DNA from: an uncultured Alphaproteobacteria bacterium
Lineage (GTDB): Bacteria; Pseudomonadota; Alphaproteobacteria; Rhodobacterales; Rhodobacteraceae
Assembly: GCA_963702145.1 (NCBI GenBank)
Contig: OY969718.1
Location: 938,247-1,002,246 of the forward strand
Length of the DNA stretch: 64,000 bases
Direction of reading: 5' to 3'
The translations under genes and the position numbers were made by a program. The notes below the pieces were generated by a model. It worked only from the letters and a program-made list of their open reading frames with translations, made no database searches and was not told the origin of the DNA. Each line of letters opens with the position of its first letter. The first letter of the stretch is position 1. Below are positions 9,468 through 20,746 of the stretch, one piece after another.

Positions 9468-10175
9468 ATGCGCCTTCCTTTCTTCGCCGCGCTGGCGGGA
9501 TGCCTTCTTTCGGCCTGCGTCGCGGTCGAGTCCTCCGCGCCGAGGGCCCCGCTGCCGGAAGGGCCGGTTCCCGACCGGGTCTCCAGCGCTACGGCGACGA
9601 CGAACTTCCGCACTGCCGTGAACCGGGTGGAGCCGGCGGCGGAGTCGCTCTGCCGCCAGCGATCGGAGGGCATCAACTGCGACTACCTCATCCGCATCGA
9701 TCCGAACCCCAGCGCGCCGCCGAACGCGTTCCAGTCCCTTGATCCGAACGGCCGGCCGATCATCACCTTCACCCGCAGCCTGATCGCGGAAGCGCGCAAC
9801 GTCGATGAGATCGCCTTCGTCGTCGGCCACGAGAGCGCACACCACATCGAGCAGCACATCGCCCGGCAGCGGCAATCGGCGGCGACCGGCGCGCTGGTCG
9901 GCGGGCTCATCGCCTCGGTCGCGGGCGCGGACGGACGCACCGTCAACGAGATCAGCCGGCTCGGCGCCGGGGTCGGCGCGCGCCGCTTCTCCAAGGATCA
10001 CGAGCTGGAGGCGGATTCGCTCGGCACGATCATCGTCGCGCGGGCGGGCTACGATCCGGTCCGGGGCGCGCAGTTCTTCACCCGCATCCCCGATCCCGGC
10101 GACAGCTTCCTCGGAACGCATCCGCCCAATGCCGCCCGCATCGACGTCGTCCGCCGGACCGCGGCGGGGCTGTGA
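9468..10175 (+). CDS. M48 family Zn metallopeptidase, lipoprotein
   Basis: Lipobox LSAC, PNAF, VGHESAHH (HExxH), ELEADSLG, FLGTHPP. Confidence 0.9.
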   Translation: MRLPFFAALAGCLLSACVAVESSAPRAPLPEGPVPDRVSSATATTNFRTAVNRVEPAAESLCRQRSEGINCDYLIRIDPNPSAPPNAFQSLDPNGRPIITFTRSLIAEARNVDEIAFVVGHESAHHIEQHIARQRQSAATGALVGGLIASVAGADGRTVNEISRLGAGVGARRFSKDHELEADSLGTIIVARAGYDPVRGAQFFTRIPDPGDSFLGTHPPNAARIDVVRRTAAGL

Positions 10176-10259
10176 TCGTCCGATCATAAAAACGTGACTA
10201 CGCGGGCAGGCGTTCTACGCTGCTCCTACGTCTCCGTTGATGACGGAAGGAGGGCCGCC

Positions 10260-10754
10260 ATGATCCATAGACGTAAGGTGCTGTTCGGGGGCGCCGCCGC
10301 TGCGGCCCTGGCGGCGGGGGCCGGCATCTGGCTGACCAACGACACGGTTGCCGGAGGTACATTCCCGCTGGATCTGTCCGAGGAGGAATGGCGCGCGCGG
10401 CTGACGCCCGAGGAATATGCCGTGCTGCGAAAGGGCGCCACGGAGCGGCCCTTCTCGAGTCCGCTGAACGACGAAAGCCGGGACGGCGTCTTCACCTGCG
10501 GCGGATGCGCGGAGGCGCTCTACCGCGCGGAGACGAAGTTCGAGAGCGGCACAGGCTGGCCGTCCTTCACGCAGGCCATCGACGGCGCCGTCGGGACCAA
10601 GCCGGACCGGTCGCTCCTGATGGTGCGGACGGAGGTGCATTGCGCAAATTGCGGCGGCCATCTGGGGCACATCTTCGACGACGGCCCGGAGCCGACCGGC
10701 AAGCGGCACTGCCTGAACGGCGCCGCACTCGACTTCGAGCCGGCCGCGGCCTGA
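10260..10754 (+). CDS. msrB: Peptide-methionine (R)-S-oxide reductase MsrB with Tat-like N-terminus
   Basis: TERPFSSPL, KFESGTGWPSF, RTEVHCANCGGHLGHIFDDGP, RHCLNG. The N-terminus HRRKVLFGG is followed by a hydrophobic stretch. Confidence 0.95.
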   Translation: MIHRRKVLFGGAAAAALAAGAGIWLTNDTVAGGTFPLDLSEEEWRARLTPEEYAVLRKGATERPFSSPLNDESRDGVFTCGGCAEALYRAETKFESGTGWPSFTQAIDGAVGTKPDRSLLMVRTEVHCANCGGHLGHIFDDGPEPTGKRHCLNGAALDFEPAAA

Positions 10755-10758
10755 CCGC

Positions 10759-12123
10759 TCAGATTACGCGACCCCAGAGGTCGTATTCGCTGGCCTCGTC
10801 CACTTCGACGTCGAGGATGTCGCCGGGGGCCAGCGCCTCGAACCCTTCGTCGATGAAGAGGTTGCCGTCGATCTCCGGCGCGTCGGCTTTCGTCCGGCAG
10901 GTCGCGCCCTCCGCATCGACCGTGTCCACGATCACCGATTGCTGCGTGCCGACCTTGGCCGCGAGCTTCGCGGCCGAGATCGCCTGCGCGCGCTCCATGA
11001 AACGGGCGAACCGCTCCTCCTTGACGTCTTCGGGCACGTGGTCGGGCAGGGCGTTCGACCGCGCCCCGGCCACGTTCTCGTAGCGGAAGGCGCCCACCCG
11101 GTCGAGCTGCGCCTCGTCGAGCCAGTCGAGGAGCGTCTCGAACTCGGCCTCGGTCTCGCCGGGATAGCCGACGATGAAGGTGGAGCGCAGCGTGATCCCG
11201 GGACAGATCGCGCGCCATTCGGCGATCCGGTCGAGCGTCCGCTCCGCCGCCGCCGGACGTGCCATGCGGCGCAGCGTGTCGGGATGCGCGTGCTGGAACG
11301 GCACGTCGAGATAGGGCAGCACCGCGCCCTCCGCCATCAACGGCACGAGATCGCGCACGAACGGGTAGGGATAGACGTAGTGCAGCCGAACCCAGGCGCC
11401 GAGGGAGCCCAGATCGCGCGTGAGGTTCACGATATGCGATCCCGCCCCCGCGCGGTCCTTCCAGTCGGTGCCATAGGCGGAGGTGTCCTGACTGATGACC
11501 AGCAGCTCCCGCACGCCGGCCTCGACCAGCTTCTCCGCCTCGCGCATCACCGCCCGGTGCGGGCGCGAGGCGAGCCGGCCCCGCATGTCGGGGATGATGC
11601 AGAACCGGCACTTGTGATTGCAGCCCTCGGAAATCTTCAGATAGCTGAAATGCCGTGGCGTCAGCGTGACGCCGGAGGCCGGCAGCAGGTCCACGAACGG
11701 GTCCGGCGCGGGCGGGACGCTGGCATGGACGGCATCGAGCACCTGCTCGTATTGTTGCGGCCCGGTGACGGCCAGCACCTTCGGATGCGCGCCGGTGATG
11801 TAGTCCGGCTCCGCGCCGAGGCAGCCGGTGACGATCACCCGCCCGTTCTCGCGCAGCGCCTCGCCGATCGCGTCGAGGCTTTCGGCCTTGGCGCTGTCGA
11901 GGAAGCCGCAGGTGTTCACGATCACCGCCTCGGCGCCCGCGTAGTCCGGGCTGATCGCGTAGCCCTCGGCGCGCAGCCGCGTCAGGATGCGCTCGCTGTC
12001 CACCAGCGCCTTGGGGCAGCCGAGGCTGACCATGCCGATCTTCGGTTGGCCGGGCCGGGCATCGCCGGGCAGGACGGCGCGCGGCGCAAGGTCGGGGCGG
12101 AGTTCGGGCGGGTTCTGCGACAT
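10759..12123 (-). CDS. rimO: Ribosomal protein S12 methylthiotransferase RimO
   Basis: [20 protein letters not shown], radical SAM motif [12 protein letters not shown] domain ADAPEIDG. Confidence 0.97.
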   Translation of the reverse strand: MSQNPPELRPDLAPRAVLPGDARPGQPKIGMVSLGCPKALVDSERILTRLRAEGYAISPDYAGAEAVIVNTCGFLDSAKAESLDAIGEALRENGRVIVTGCLGAEPDYITGAHPKVLAVTGPQQYEQVLDAVHASVPPAPDPFVDLLPASGVTLTPRHFSYLKISEGCNHKCRFCIIPDMRGRLASRPHRAVMREAEKLVEAGVRELLVISQDTSAYGTDWKDRAGAGSHIVNLTRDLGSLGAWVRLHYVYPYPFVRDLVPLMAEGAVLPYLDVPFQHAHPDTLRRMARPAAAERTLDRIAEWRAICPGITLRSTFIVGYPGETEAEFETLLDWLDEAQLDRVGAFRYENVAGARSNALPDHVPEDVKEERFARFMERAQAISAAKLAAKVGTQQSVIVDTVDAEGATCRTKADAPEIDGNLFIDEGFEALAPGDILDVEVDEASEYDLWGRVI

Positions 12124-12212
12124 GGGGCGGCACATAGGCGCGCCGGAGACCGGGCGGAAGGCCTTGCGGCTTTTCGATGCGCGTTTCATCGTCCGCGAAA
12201 AAGGGGCCGGGC

Positions 12213-14201
12213 ATGAAATGGATCGTTCGGGGCGTGATCGCGCTCCTTTTGCTCGCGGTGGTCCTGGTGGGGGGCGTGTGGCTGATCCCGACGGAGCGGA
12301 TCGCCCGGCTCGCCACCGACCGGATCGAGGCCGCGACCGGTCGCGCGTTGACGATCGAAGGACCGGTCTCGGCGACGCTCTGGCCTCGGCTCGGCGTGCG
12401 GGCGGAAGGGATCACGCTGGCCAATGCCGATTGGTCGGAGGCCGGGCCAATGCTCGTGGCGGAAGCGTTCGAGATCGGCATGTCGCCCGGCATCCTGCTC
12501 GGCGGCGACGTCCGGATCGACAGCCTGACGGTCGATGGCGCGCGGCTCGTTCTGGAACGCCGTGCGAACGGGAGCGGAAACTGGATTTTCGATACGGGGC
12601 CGGACGACACCGCGCCGGACGACACCGCGCCGGACGACGATGGGACGGCCGGCCCCGGGACGGAATCGGACGCGTCGATGACGGATCTGGCGGTCGACGA
12701 CGCGGTCCTGATGGACTCGGAAATCGTCTGGATCGATCATGCGACCGACCGGCGGATCGACCTGCGGGACGTGAACCTGCAAACCGCCTTCGCCGGGATC
12801 GACGCGCCGGTCGAACTCTCCGGCAGCGCGACCCTCGGCGAACATCCCGTCCGGTTGGACGCGCGCCTCGAGGCGCCCGCATCGCTTCTCGACGGCGCGC
12901 CGGCCGCCGTGACCGTCTCGCTGGATACCGAAGCGACGGCGCTCGACTTCGACGGGCAGCTCGGTATCGACCCGGTGTCGCTCGAGGGCGCCGCCGCTGT
13001 CGCGTCCTCCGACGGCTTCGCCCCGCTCGAAGCGTTGGGCATGGCGCCGCCAGCGCTGCCGCCGGGTCTCGGCGCCGCGCAGGTCGATGTCGCCGCTTCC
13101 GTCACGCTGACACCGGAAGGCACGCTGCACCTCCGCGACATCGCGGCGGCGCTCGACGGCAACCGCATCACCGGCGATCTGGACCTCAATCCGACCGGCG
13201 AGCGACCGCGTCTCGTCGGTGCGCTCGCGGCGGACGCGCTGACGTTTCCCCGCCCCGAGCGGCCCGGTGGGGCGGGGAACAACGCGGGTAGCGGCAGGGA
13301 AGGATGGTCCGCGGACGCGATCGACGTCTCGGGCCTTTTCGCGCTCGACGCCGAACTGACTGTCGAGACGGGGGCCATCGCCTACGGCGACGCCGGCATC
13401 GACGCGCTCACGGCGGCCCTGACGCTGGAGAACGGCCGCGCCGTCCTCCGGCTCGACCCGCTCCGCGCCTATGGCGGGGCGGTAACGGGCAGGGTGGTGG
13501 TGAACGGGCGCGGCGGGCTGTCGAGCCGGGCCGTGCTGGACGTGACCGGGCTGGAACTGCAGCCGCTCCTGACCGACCTCGCCGGGCAGGACCGGCTCAG
13601 CGCGACCGGCGCGGCATCCCTCGACCTGCTAGGCTCGGGCGAGAGCCTGCGCGCGCTCATGGCCGGGCTTGAGGGCGAGGTGTCCGTGCGGCTCGGCCCT
13701 GGCACCTTCGCCGGCCTCGATATCGCCGGAATGGTGCGGACCCGCGACCTCGGGTATCGCGGCGAAGGGCAGCAAACGGTGTTCGAAGCGATGTCGGCTT
13801 CCTTCGACGTCGCGCAGGGCGTGGCGCGCGGCGACGACCTGACGCTCGAGGCGCCCTACCTCACAGCGACGGGGGCGGGGGCCATCGACCTCGGGCGGCG
13901 GAGTCTCGATTACCGGCTGATTCCAACCCTGCGCCCGGACGACGACGGCGACGGTCTTACCGTCCCTCTCCTGATCGACGGCCCGTGGGACGATCCGCGC
14001 GTGCGTCCCGACCTGGAATACGTCGCGCGTCAGCAGCTCGACGTCGACGGCGTGCAGGACCGGGCCGAGGATCGCGTCCGCGAGAAGCTGGCCGAGGAAC
14101 TGGAGGTCGCGCCCGAACGGCTCGACAGTCGCGAGGCCATCGAGGACGCGATCCGCGAGCGGGTGGGCGATCGGCTCAGGGGCCTGCTCGGCGATCGTTG
14201 A
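12213..14201 (+). CDS. AsmA family protein
   Basis: N-terminal TM helix, [18 protein letters not shown], and a C-terminal AsmA-like region (TGAGAIDL...LDYRL...[12 protein letters not shown]). Confidence 0.85.
   Translation: MKWIVRGVIALLLLAVVLVGGVWLIPTERIARLATDRIEAATGRALTIEGPVSATLWPRLGVRAEGITLANADWSEAGPMLVAEAFEIGMSPGILLGGDVRIDSLTVDGARLVLERRANGSGNWIFDTGPDDTAPDDTAPDDDGTAGPGTESDASMTDLAVDDAVLMDSEIVWIDHATDRRIDLRDVNLQTAFAGIDAPVELSGSATLGEHPVRLDARLEAPASLLDGAPAAVTVSLDTEATALDFDGQLGIDPVSLEGAAAVASSDGFAPLEALGMAPPALPPGLGAAQVDVAASVTLTPEGTLHLRDIAAALDGNRITGDLDLNPTGERPRLVGALAADALTFPRPERPGGAGNNAGSGREGWSADAIDVSGLFALDAELTVETGAIAYGDAGIDALTAALTLENGRAVLRLDPLRAYGGAVTGRVVVNGRGGLSSRAVLDVTGLELQPLLTDLAGQDRLSATGAASLDLLGSGESLRALMAGLEGEVSVRLGPGTFAGLDIAGMVRTRDLGYRGEGQQTVFEAMSASFDVAQGVARGDDLTLEAPYLTATGAGAIDLGRRSLDYRLIPTLRPDDDGDGLTVPLLIDGPWDDPRVRPDLEYVARQQLDVDGVQDRAEDRVREKLAEELEVAPERLDSREAIEDAIRERVGDRLRGLLGDR
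12600..12638 (+). repeat. In-frame 15-bp tandem repeat (CCGGACGACACCGCG x2.6) encoding [13 protein letters not shown] in the AsmA linker
   Basis: Read directly from the sequence. Confidence 0.9.
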
Positions 14202-14264
14202 CGCCCGGTCGCTGGACCCGACCCCGTCGGCGCGGTATCAGCGCGACAACCTGAAAGGGATTCC

Positions 14265-14960
14265 ATGAGCGTCAGCCTCACCAGTACCTTCATCAAACCG
14301 GTCCATCGCGAGGGCCCGAAGTTCATCGCCGCCTTCGCGGTCGTCACCGCCATCCTCTGGCTCCTGTGGGAACCCCTGGGTCTCGTCGGGCTCGTGCTGA
14401 CGGTGTGGTGCTACTACTTCTTCCGCGATCCGGAGCGGACGGTTCCGATGGATGAGGGGCTGATCGTCTCGCCCGCCGACGGCATCGTCTCGCTGATCGG
14501 ACCGGCCATCCCGCCGGCGGAGCTCGACCTCGGACCCCAGCCGCTGATGCGCGTCTCGGTCTTCATGTCGGTCTTCGACTGCCACGTGAACCGCGCCCCC
14601 GTCGCGGGCGAGGTGACGGAAGTGGCCTACCGGCCCGGCAAGTTCTTCTCCGCCGAGCTCGACAAGGCGTCGGAGGAGAACGAGCGCAACGGGCTGGTCC
14701 TCACGATGGCCGACGGCACGCGGCTCGGCGTGGTGCAGATCGCGGGCCTCGTGGCGCGGCGCATCCTCTGCGAGGTCGATGCCGGCGCCCAGCTCGAGCG
14801 GGGCGACCGGTTCGGCCTGATCCGCTTCGGCTCCCGCCTCGACGTCTATCTTCCCGAAGGCACCGCGCCGCGCGTCGCGGTGGGGCAGGTGATGACCTCG
14901 GGCGAATCGATCCTCGCCGTGATCGGCCGTGACGACACTGCTACCGCGAGGACGGAATGA
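14265..14960 (+). CDS. psd: Phosphatidylserine decarboxylase
   Basis: [48 protein letters not shown] (GS autocleavage site). Confidence 0.96.
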   Translation: MSVSLTSTFIKPVHREGPKFIAAFAVVTAILWLLWEPLGLVGLVLTVWCYYFFRDPERTVPMDEGLIVSPADGIVSLIGPAIPPAELDLGPQPLMRVSVFMSVFDCHVNRAPVAGEVTEVAYRPGKFFSAELDKASEENERNGLVLTMADGTRLGVVQIAGLVARRILCEVDAGAQLERGDRFGLIRFGSRLDVYLPEGTAPRVAVGQVMTSGESILAVIGRDDTATARTE

Positions 14961-15700
14961 CCGCCCCGCGCGAGCCGCGGGAGACGCCGTTCCCGGTCGT
15001 CCTGCTGCTGCCGAACCTCGTGACGATCCTCGGTCTGTGCTTCGGCCTGACCTCGATCCGCTTCACCTTCGCCGACCAGTACAGCTGGGCCGCGGGCTTC
15101 CTCGTGCTCGCGGCGCTCGTCGACGGGATGGACGGGCTGCTGGCGCGACGCCTGAACGCGGCTTCACCCTTCGGGGCGGAGCTCAACTCGCTGTCGGACT
15201 TCGTCTGCTTCGGCGTGTCTCCCGCGCTTCTGGTCTACAATTTCGGGCTCGAGGGCCTGTCGGGGATGGGGTGGGTCGCCGCGCTGACCTTCGCGATCTG
15301 CTGTTGCCTCCGGCTCGCACGGTTCAACGTCAACGCGAAGGCGGAGACCAACTCGAAGGGATCCTTCACCGGCGTGCCGGCGCCGGCGGGGGCGATGCTG
15401 GGCATCTTTCCCGTCTCGCTGCACCTCGCCGGGTTCCTCGACCTGCGCGACGTGCCGATCCTGATCGCGGTCTGGATGATCTTCGTGGGCGGGCTGATGG
15501 TCGCGCGGTTCAAGACCGTCTCGCTGAAATCGGTCCGCATCAGCCGGGAGAACGCCGTCTACGTCCTCATCGGCGCGACCGTGGCGATCGGCTTCATGCT
15601 GACGCGGCTCTGGTTGTTCCACGTCCTGATGTCGGTGATCTATCTCTGCATGCTGCTGCAGGGGGTGATCGCCCAGCGGCGTCGCCGCCGGGCGGGCTGA
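14957..15700 (+). CDS. pssA: CDP-diacylglycerol--serine O-phosphatidyltransferase
   Basis: [19 protein letters not shown]...[29 protein letters not shown]-coupled to psd. Confidence 0.9.
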   Translation: MTAPREPRETPFPVVLLLPNLVTILGLCFGLTSIRFTFADQYSWAAGFLVLAALVDGMDGLLARRLNAASPFGAELNSLSDFVCFGVSPALLVYNFGLEGLSGMGWVAALTFAICCCLRLARFNVNAKAETNSKGSFTGVPAPAGAMLGIFPVSLHLAGFLDLRDVPILIAVWMIFVGGLMVARFKTVSLKSVRISRENAVYVLIGATVAIGFMLTRLWLFHVLMSVIYLCMLLQGVIAQRRRRRAG

Positions 15701-15710
15701 TCCGCCTGGA

Positions 15711-16316
15711 TCAGCGACGACGGTCCCGACGCGAGGACATCGGCTGGAACGCGACGGAGACATGCGCCTCGCAATAGGGCTTGCCGGCCTGGACCTGCAG
15801 GCCACAGAACCAGAACTTCTCGGTCGCAGGGTCACCGATCGGCCATTTGCAGGTCCGCTCGGTCAGCTCCATCAGCGAGATCTTCTTCGCCGTCTTCTCG
15901 ACCGCGTTCACCTTGGCAAGCGCCTCGGGCGAGATCTCGTTGGCCGAGGGCTGCGGCGGCAGCGGCTGGCCGGCCATCAACGGCTTGCGCAGGGGCGTGA
16001 CGGAGGCGCCGTGCGGCACCGCGGCCATCGTGCGCGGCTCGTCGTCGTCGGGCTCCGGCTCGGGTTCTGCCGCCGCCGCCGGCGCCTCATCGGGCACGAC
16101 CGACGGCTCGGGGTCCGCGGCGACGTCCGCGAGGGGGGCGGTGTCCGCGACCGGCTTTGCTTCCTCGGTGCCGCGGTTCGACAGGCCCAGGCGGTGGACC
16201 TTGCCGATCACGGCATTGCGCGTCACGCCGCCCAGCTCCTTGGCAATCTGCGAGGCCGAGGCGCCCTCGGTCCACATCCGCTTCAGCGTCTCGACACGCT
16301 CGTCCGTCCAGGCCAT
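15711..16316 (-). CDS. gcrA: Cell-cycle regulator GcrA
   Basis: WTDERVETLKRMW, GVTRNAVIGKVHRLGL, ELTERTCKWPIGDP, FCG...PYCEAH. Confidence 0.96.
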   Translation of the reverse strand: MAWTDERVETLKRMWTEGASASQIAKELGGVTRNAVIGKVHRLGLSNRGTEEAKPVADTAPLADVAADPEPSVVPDEAPAAAAEPEPEPDDDEPRTMAAVPHGASVTPLRKPLMAGQPLPPQPSANEISPEALAKVNAVEKTAKKISLMELTERTCKWPIGDPATEKFWFCGLQVQAGKPYCEAHVSVAFQPMSSRRDRRR

Positions 16317-16444
16317 CGATGTCTCCTTGTCTGCCCGCTCCGGCCGCCAGCACGCGCGAGGGGTGGCGATCCCGAAGGAAAGACTATTGTAAGCATCCCG
16401 CGGCGGCGCGACAAGGCGGCCCGCCCGAGATGGAGGCACAGGAC

Positions 16445-17275
16445 ATGACCGACACGACCGCGATGCAACAGGACGCGCAGGCCGCCCGCCACGGGGTACG
16501 CCGGTTCGGGCGGGTCAACTGGCTCGGGCTGCAGACGCTGATCCTGCGCGAGGTGCGGCGTTTCAGCTCGGTCTGGACTCAGACGCTGCTGGCGCCGCTC
16601 GCCACCGCGGCGCTGTTCCTGTTGGTCTTCTCGCTCGCCGTCGGCACGCGCCGGGGGGACGTGATGGGATTGCCCTTCGTGCATTTCCTGGCGCCCGGCA
16701 TCCTGATGATGACGGTGATCCAGAACAGCTTCGCCAATGTCTCCTCCTCGATCGTGATCTCCAAGGTGCAGGGCAACATCGTCGACACGCTGATGCCGCC
16801 GCTCTCGGGGGGCGAACTGGTGGTGGGCTACCTCGCCGGCGGGATCGCGCGGGGCCTCGTCGTCGCGGTCGCGATCGCGGTGCTGATGTTTCCGTTCCTC
16901 GGTCTCGGCATCCACAATCCACTGATGGCGCTCGTCTGGGTCGCGCTCGGCGGCGCGTTCCTCGGCGCGCTCGGGCTCGTCGCGGGGGTGTTCGCCAACA
17001 AGTTCGACCAGATGGCGGCGATCACCAACTTCATCATCACGCCGCTGAGCTTCCTGTCGGGCACGTTCTACTCGATCGACGGCCTGCCGCCGGTGATGCG
17101 GGCATTGAGCCACGTCAATCCGGTGTTCTACCTGATCGACGGTCTGCGCTCCGCCGTGCTCGGCGTGTCGGACAGCTCTCCGGTGTTGGGCTTCTTCGTC
17201 GTATTGGCCGGCACGCTCGCCGTCGCGCTGCTCGGATGGTGGATGTTCCGGACGGGCTACCGCCTGAAGTCCTGA
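16445..17275 (+). CDS. ABC-2 type transporter permease
   Basis: REVRRF...QTLLAP, FLAPGILMM, IVDTLMPPL, ITPLSFLSGTFYS, NPVFYLIDGLR. Confidence 0.92.
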   Translation: MTDTTAMQQDAQAARHGVRRFGRVNWLGLQTLILREVRRFSSVWTQTLLAPLATAALFLLVFSLAVGTRRGDVMGLPFVHFLAPGILMMTVIQNSFANVSSSIVISKVQGNIVDTLMPPLSGGELVVGYLAGGIARGLVVAVAIAVLMFPFLGLGIHNPLMALVWVALGGAFLGALGLVAGVFANKFDQMAAITNFIITPLSFLSGTFYSIDGLPPVMRALSHVNPVFYLIDGLRSAVLGVSDSSPVLGFFVVLAGTLAVALLGWWMFRTGYRLKS

Positions 17276-17288
17276 GAGGCGGGCGGCC

Positions 17289-18215
17289 TCAGACGTCGAG
17301 GCACCAGCGCATGATCGCCTTCTGCGCGTGCAGCCGGTTCTCGGCCTCGTCGAAGACGATGGATTGCGGCCCGTCGAGCACTTCGTCGGTGATCTCCTCG
17401 CCGCGATGGGCGGGCAGGCAATGCATGACCAGCGCGTGCTCCGGCGCGGCCGCCATCAGGCGGGCGTTCACCTGGTAGGGGCGCAGCAGGTTGTGGCGGC
17501 GCTGGCGCGAGGATTCCGCGTCGCCCATCGACACCCAGGTATCGGTCACGACGAGATCGGCGTCCCGCACCGCCGCCTCGGGGTCGCGCTCGATGCGGAC
17601 CTCGCAGCCGGCCTGCCGCGCCGCGCCGACGAGCGCCTCGTTCGGGTCGAGCTGCGCGGGGCCGGCGAAGGTGAAGTCGAAACCGAAGCTCGCCGCCGCG
17701 TGCAGGAAGCTCTGCGCGACGTTGTTGCCGTCGCCCATCCAGGCGACGCGCTTGCCGGCGATCGGGCCGCGATGCTCCTCGAAGGTCATCACGTCGGCCA
17801 TGATCTGGCAGGGATGGGAATTGTCGGTCAGGCCGTTGATGACCGGCACGGTCGCGTGCTCGGCCATCTCGCTCAGGATGTCCTCGCCGAAGGTGCGCAG
17901 CATGATGAGGTCGACATAGCGCGACAGGACGCGCGCGGTGTCGGCGATGGTCTCGCCGTGGCCGAGCTGCATCTCCGCGCCCGAGAGGACCATGCTCGTG
18001 CCGCCCATCTGGCGGACGCCGACGTCGAAGCTGACGCGGGTGCGGGTGGAGGGCTTCTCGAAGATCAGCGCGACGACCCGGCCGGCGAGCGGCAACTCGT
18101 CGTCGGGCGTGCCCTTGGGCCGGTCCCCCCGTGCCGCCTTCATCGCGTTCGCGCGGTCGAGGATGGCGCGCAGCGCGGCCGGGTCGGTGCGGTGGATGTC
18201 GAGGAAATGGGTCAT
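17289..18215 (-). CDS. argF: Ornithine carbamoyltransferase
   Basis: [51 protein letters not shown]. Confidence 0.98.
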   Translation of the reverse strand: MTHFLDIHRTDPAALRAILDRANAMKAARGDRPKGTPDDELPLAGRVVALIFEKPSTRTRVSFDVGVRQMGGTSMVLSGAEMQLGHGETIADTARVLSRYVDLIMLRTFGEDILSEMAEHATVPVINGLTDNSHPCQIMADVMTFEEHRGPIAGKRVAWMGDGNNVAQSFLHAAASFGFDFTFAGPAQLDPNEALVGAARQAGCEVRIERDPEAAVRDADLVVTDTWVSMGDAESSRQRRHNLLRPYQVNARLMAAAPEHALVMHCLPAHRGEEITDEVLDGPQSIVFDEAENRLHAQKAIMRWCLDV

Positions 18216-18235
18216 GGGGATCTCCGGTCGGAAGG

Positions 18236-18289
18236 CGCCGGGGGCTGTCTGCCCCCGGACCCCCGAGGATATTTCGGAAGCAAAGACGG
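18236..18289. repeat. REP-like dispersed palindromic element between argD and argF
   Basis: 8-bp stem CCGGGGGC-TGTCT-GCCCCCGG (18238-18258) followed by ACCCCCGAGGATATTTCGGAAGCAAAG. Recalled as resembling a Rhodobacteraceae intergenic repeat family. Confidence 0.7.
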
Positions 18290-19477
18290 TCAGGCGTCCG
18301 CAGGCTCGGTAATCGCCGCCGCGACCCGGTCGAGCCGCGTCAGCGCCTCCCGCAGGTCCGCGTCCTCGATGTTGAGGGCGGGAAGCAGGCGGACGACGTT
18401 GTCGGCGGCCGGGACGAGGCAGACCTGCTCGCGGTAGGCGCCCTGGATCACGTCCGCGTTCGGAACCTTGCATTTCAGGCCCAGCATCAGGCCCGAGCCG
18501 CGCACCGCATCGAAAACGTCGGGGTAGGAGGCGACGAGGCCTTCCAGTCCCTGCCGGAACATGCCGGCCTTGCGCCGCACATCCGACAGGAAGCCGTCGG
18601 TGGCCACGATCTCCATCACGGCGTTGCCGACGGCGCAGGCCAGCGGGTTGCCCCCGTAGGTCGAGCCGTGCGTGCCCGCCGTAAGCCCGACCGCCGCCGC
18701 TTCGGTCGCCAGCAGGGCGCCGAGGGGGAAGCCACCGCCGATGCCCTTCGCCACCATCATGATGTCGGGCGTGACGCCCGCCCATTCATGCGCGAAGAGC
18801 TTGCCGGTCCGTCCCATGCCGCATTGCACCTCGTCGAAGACGAGAAGCGTGCCGGTCGCGTCGCAGAGTTCGCGCAGGCCGCGCAGGCACTGGTCGGGCA
18901 CCGGGACGATCCCGCCCTCGCCCTGTACCGGCTCGACGATGATGGCGGCCACGTCGTCGGCCTTCATCGCCGCGCGGAGCAGGTCGTGGTCGCCGAACGG
19001 CAGATGGCGGAAGCCGGGCAGGAGGGGGCCGAAGCCGCGGGTCATCTTCTCGGACCCGGCGGCGGCGATGCCGGCGGCGGAGCGGCCGTGGAAGCTGCCG
19101 GTGAAGGCGAGGATGACGTTGCGTTCGGGCGCGCCCTTCTCGAACCAGTACTTGCGCGCCATCTTGACCGCGAGTTCGCAGGCCTCGGTGCCCGAATTGG
19201 TGAAGAAGCAGGTATCGGCGAACGTCGCCGCGACGAGCCGCTCGGCCAGCGCCTCCTGCTGGGGAATGTGGTAGAGGTTCGACGTGTGCCAGAGCGCCTG
19301 CGCCTGCTCGGTCAGCGCACGGGTCAGGCCGGGATGCGCGTGGCCCAGCACGTTGACCGCGATCCCCGCGCCGAGATCGAGAAAGCGTCGCCCGTCCGCT
19401 TCCACCAGCCAGGACCCTTCGCCCGAGACGAAGCTCAGGGGGGCGCGGTTGTAGGTGGGAAGGATGGCGGGGATCAT
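18290..19477 (-). CDS. argD: Acetylornithine aminotransferase
   Basis: [57 protein letters not shown]. Confidence 0.96.
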   Translation of the reverse strand: MIPAILPTYNRAPLSFVSGEGSWLVEADGRRFLDLGAGIAVNVLGHAHPGLTRALTEQAQALWHTSNLYHIPQQEALAERLVAATFADTCFFTNSGTEACELAVKMARKYWFEKGAPERNVILAFTGSFHGRSAAGIAAAGSEKMTRGFGPLLPGFRHLPFGDHDLLRAAMKADDVAAIIVEPVQGEGGIVPVPDQCLRGLRELCDATGTLLVFDEVQCGMGRTGKLFAHEWAGVTPDIMMVAKGIGGGFPLGALLATEAAAVGLTAGTHGSTYGGNPLACAVGNAVMEIVATDGFLSDVRRKAGMFRQGLEGLVASYPDVFDAVRGSGLMLGLKCKVPNADVIQGAYREQVCLVPAADNVVRLLPALNIEDADLREALTRLDRVAAAITEPADA

Positions 19478-19626
19478 GGCCGGGTCCTGTCGGTTGAAGG
19501 GTCAGGCGTTCGGGGTGGCCGAATTACGTGGGTCTGTCAATTCTGGCGCCGCATCCCTCCGGGGCGACCCGCAATCGCCCGACCCTCCCTCGACATCGCC
19601 CCGCCGACCGGGCAAGGGTTAACGGC

Positions 19627-20322
19627 ATGTGGCCCCGTACCCGCGCTCTTTCCGTTCACCTTCTGACCGCCACCGGCGCGGTCTTCGCGATGCTGTCGCT
19701 TCTCGCGGCGGTGGAGGGGGCGTGGTCCGGCATGTTCCTGTGGCTGCTGATGGCGCTGATCGTCGACGGGGTGGACGGTCCGCTCGCCCGCCGCTGGGAC
19801 GTGACGTTGCACGCCGCGCGGTTCGACGGGGTGCTGCTCGACCTCATCATCGACTACCTGACCTACGTCTTCATCCCGGTCTACGCGCTCTACGCGAGCG
19901 GTCTCGTGCCGGGCTGGCCGGGCTGGGGCATCCTGATCGTGGTGCCGTTCGCCTCCGCGCTGTACTTCTGCGACACGCGGATGAAGACACCGGATGCGAG
20001 CTTCGAGGGGTTCCCCGGCTGCTGGAACATGGTGGCGCTCGTGGTCTTCGTGCTGGAGCCGAATCCGTGGCTGACGCTCGGCGTGTCGATCCTGCTGGCT
20101 GTGGCGATGTTCATGCCGTGGCGGTTCGTCCATCCGGTGCGGACGGAACGCTGGCGGCCGGTCACGCTGGCCATCACCTCGGCCTGGATGGTGCTGGCGC
20201 TGATCGCGGCCTGGGGCGAGTTCGGCCTGGGCGAGGTGCTGGGCTGGGCCTTCGCGATCTGCAGCGTCTACCTGCTCTGCGCCGGTCTGGTGCAGCAGGC
20301 GACGGAAAGCGTGCGCGCCTAG
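19627..20322 (+). CDS. pcs: Phosphatidylcholine synthase
   Basis: VHLLTATGA, VDGVDGPLAR, DGVLLDLIIDYLTYVFIP, FEGFPGCWN, FVHPVR. Confidence 0.9.
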   Translation: MWPRTRALSVHLLTATGAVFAMLSLLAAVEGAWSGMFLWLLMALIVDGVDGPLARRWDVTLHAARFDGVLLDLIIDYLTYVFIPVYALYASGLVPGWPGWGILIVVPFASALYFCDTRMKTPDASFEGFPGCWNMVALVVFVLEPNPWLTLGVSILLAVAMFMPWRFVHPVRTERWRPVTLAITSAWMVLALIAAWGEFGLGEVLGWAFAICSVYLLCAGLVQQATESVRA

Positions 20323-20672
20323 AGGTCCACCGGGCCGTCCGGGTTCGGATCCGTCTCGGCGTCCGGATCGGTCGTCAGCGGCTCTTTCCGGCGGATAATG
20401 ATGTCGCCGTTCTCGAGGATTTCCGGCGCCTCGTAAGCATCGACATCCTCGACCACGTCGCTGAGGTTGCGCTGCAGCTCCTCAAGATAGGGGCGGGCGT
20501 CCTCCGCCAGCCCCTGGAAGCCGCGCAGCGCCGGCTCCACCTCCTCGCGCAGCCCGTCCATGAAGAGCCGCAGGCCGCGTTCCATCGAAGAGGATCCGTC
20601 TTCGGGGGACGGCGCCGTCTCCTGCGCGGCGGCGGGAACGGCGAGGAGCAGGGCGAGCACGACGTACTTCAT
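20319..20672 (-). CDS. Secreted hypothetical protein
   Basis: Sec-type signal MKYVVLALLLAVPAAAQE and C-terminal YEAPEILENGDIIIRRK. Confidence 0.75.
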   Translation of the reverse strand: MKYVVLALLLAVPAAAQETAPSPEDGSSSMERGLRLFMDGLREEVEPALRGFQGLAEDARPYLEELQRNLSDVVEDVDAYEAPEILENGDIIIRRKEPLTTDPDAETDPNPDGPVDL

Positions 20673-20746
20673 AGATTGGCAGATGTAGCGGGAACCGGGC
20701 CGGTCAAGGCCGCTCCCGGTTACGGATGCAGGGCGGCCCGTAGCTA

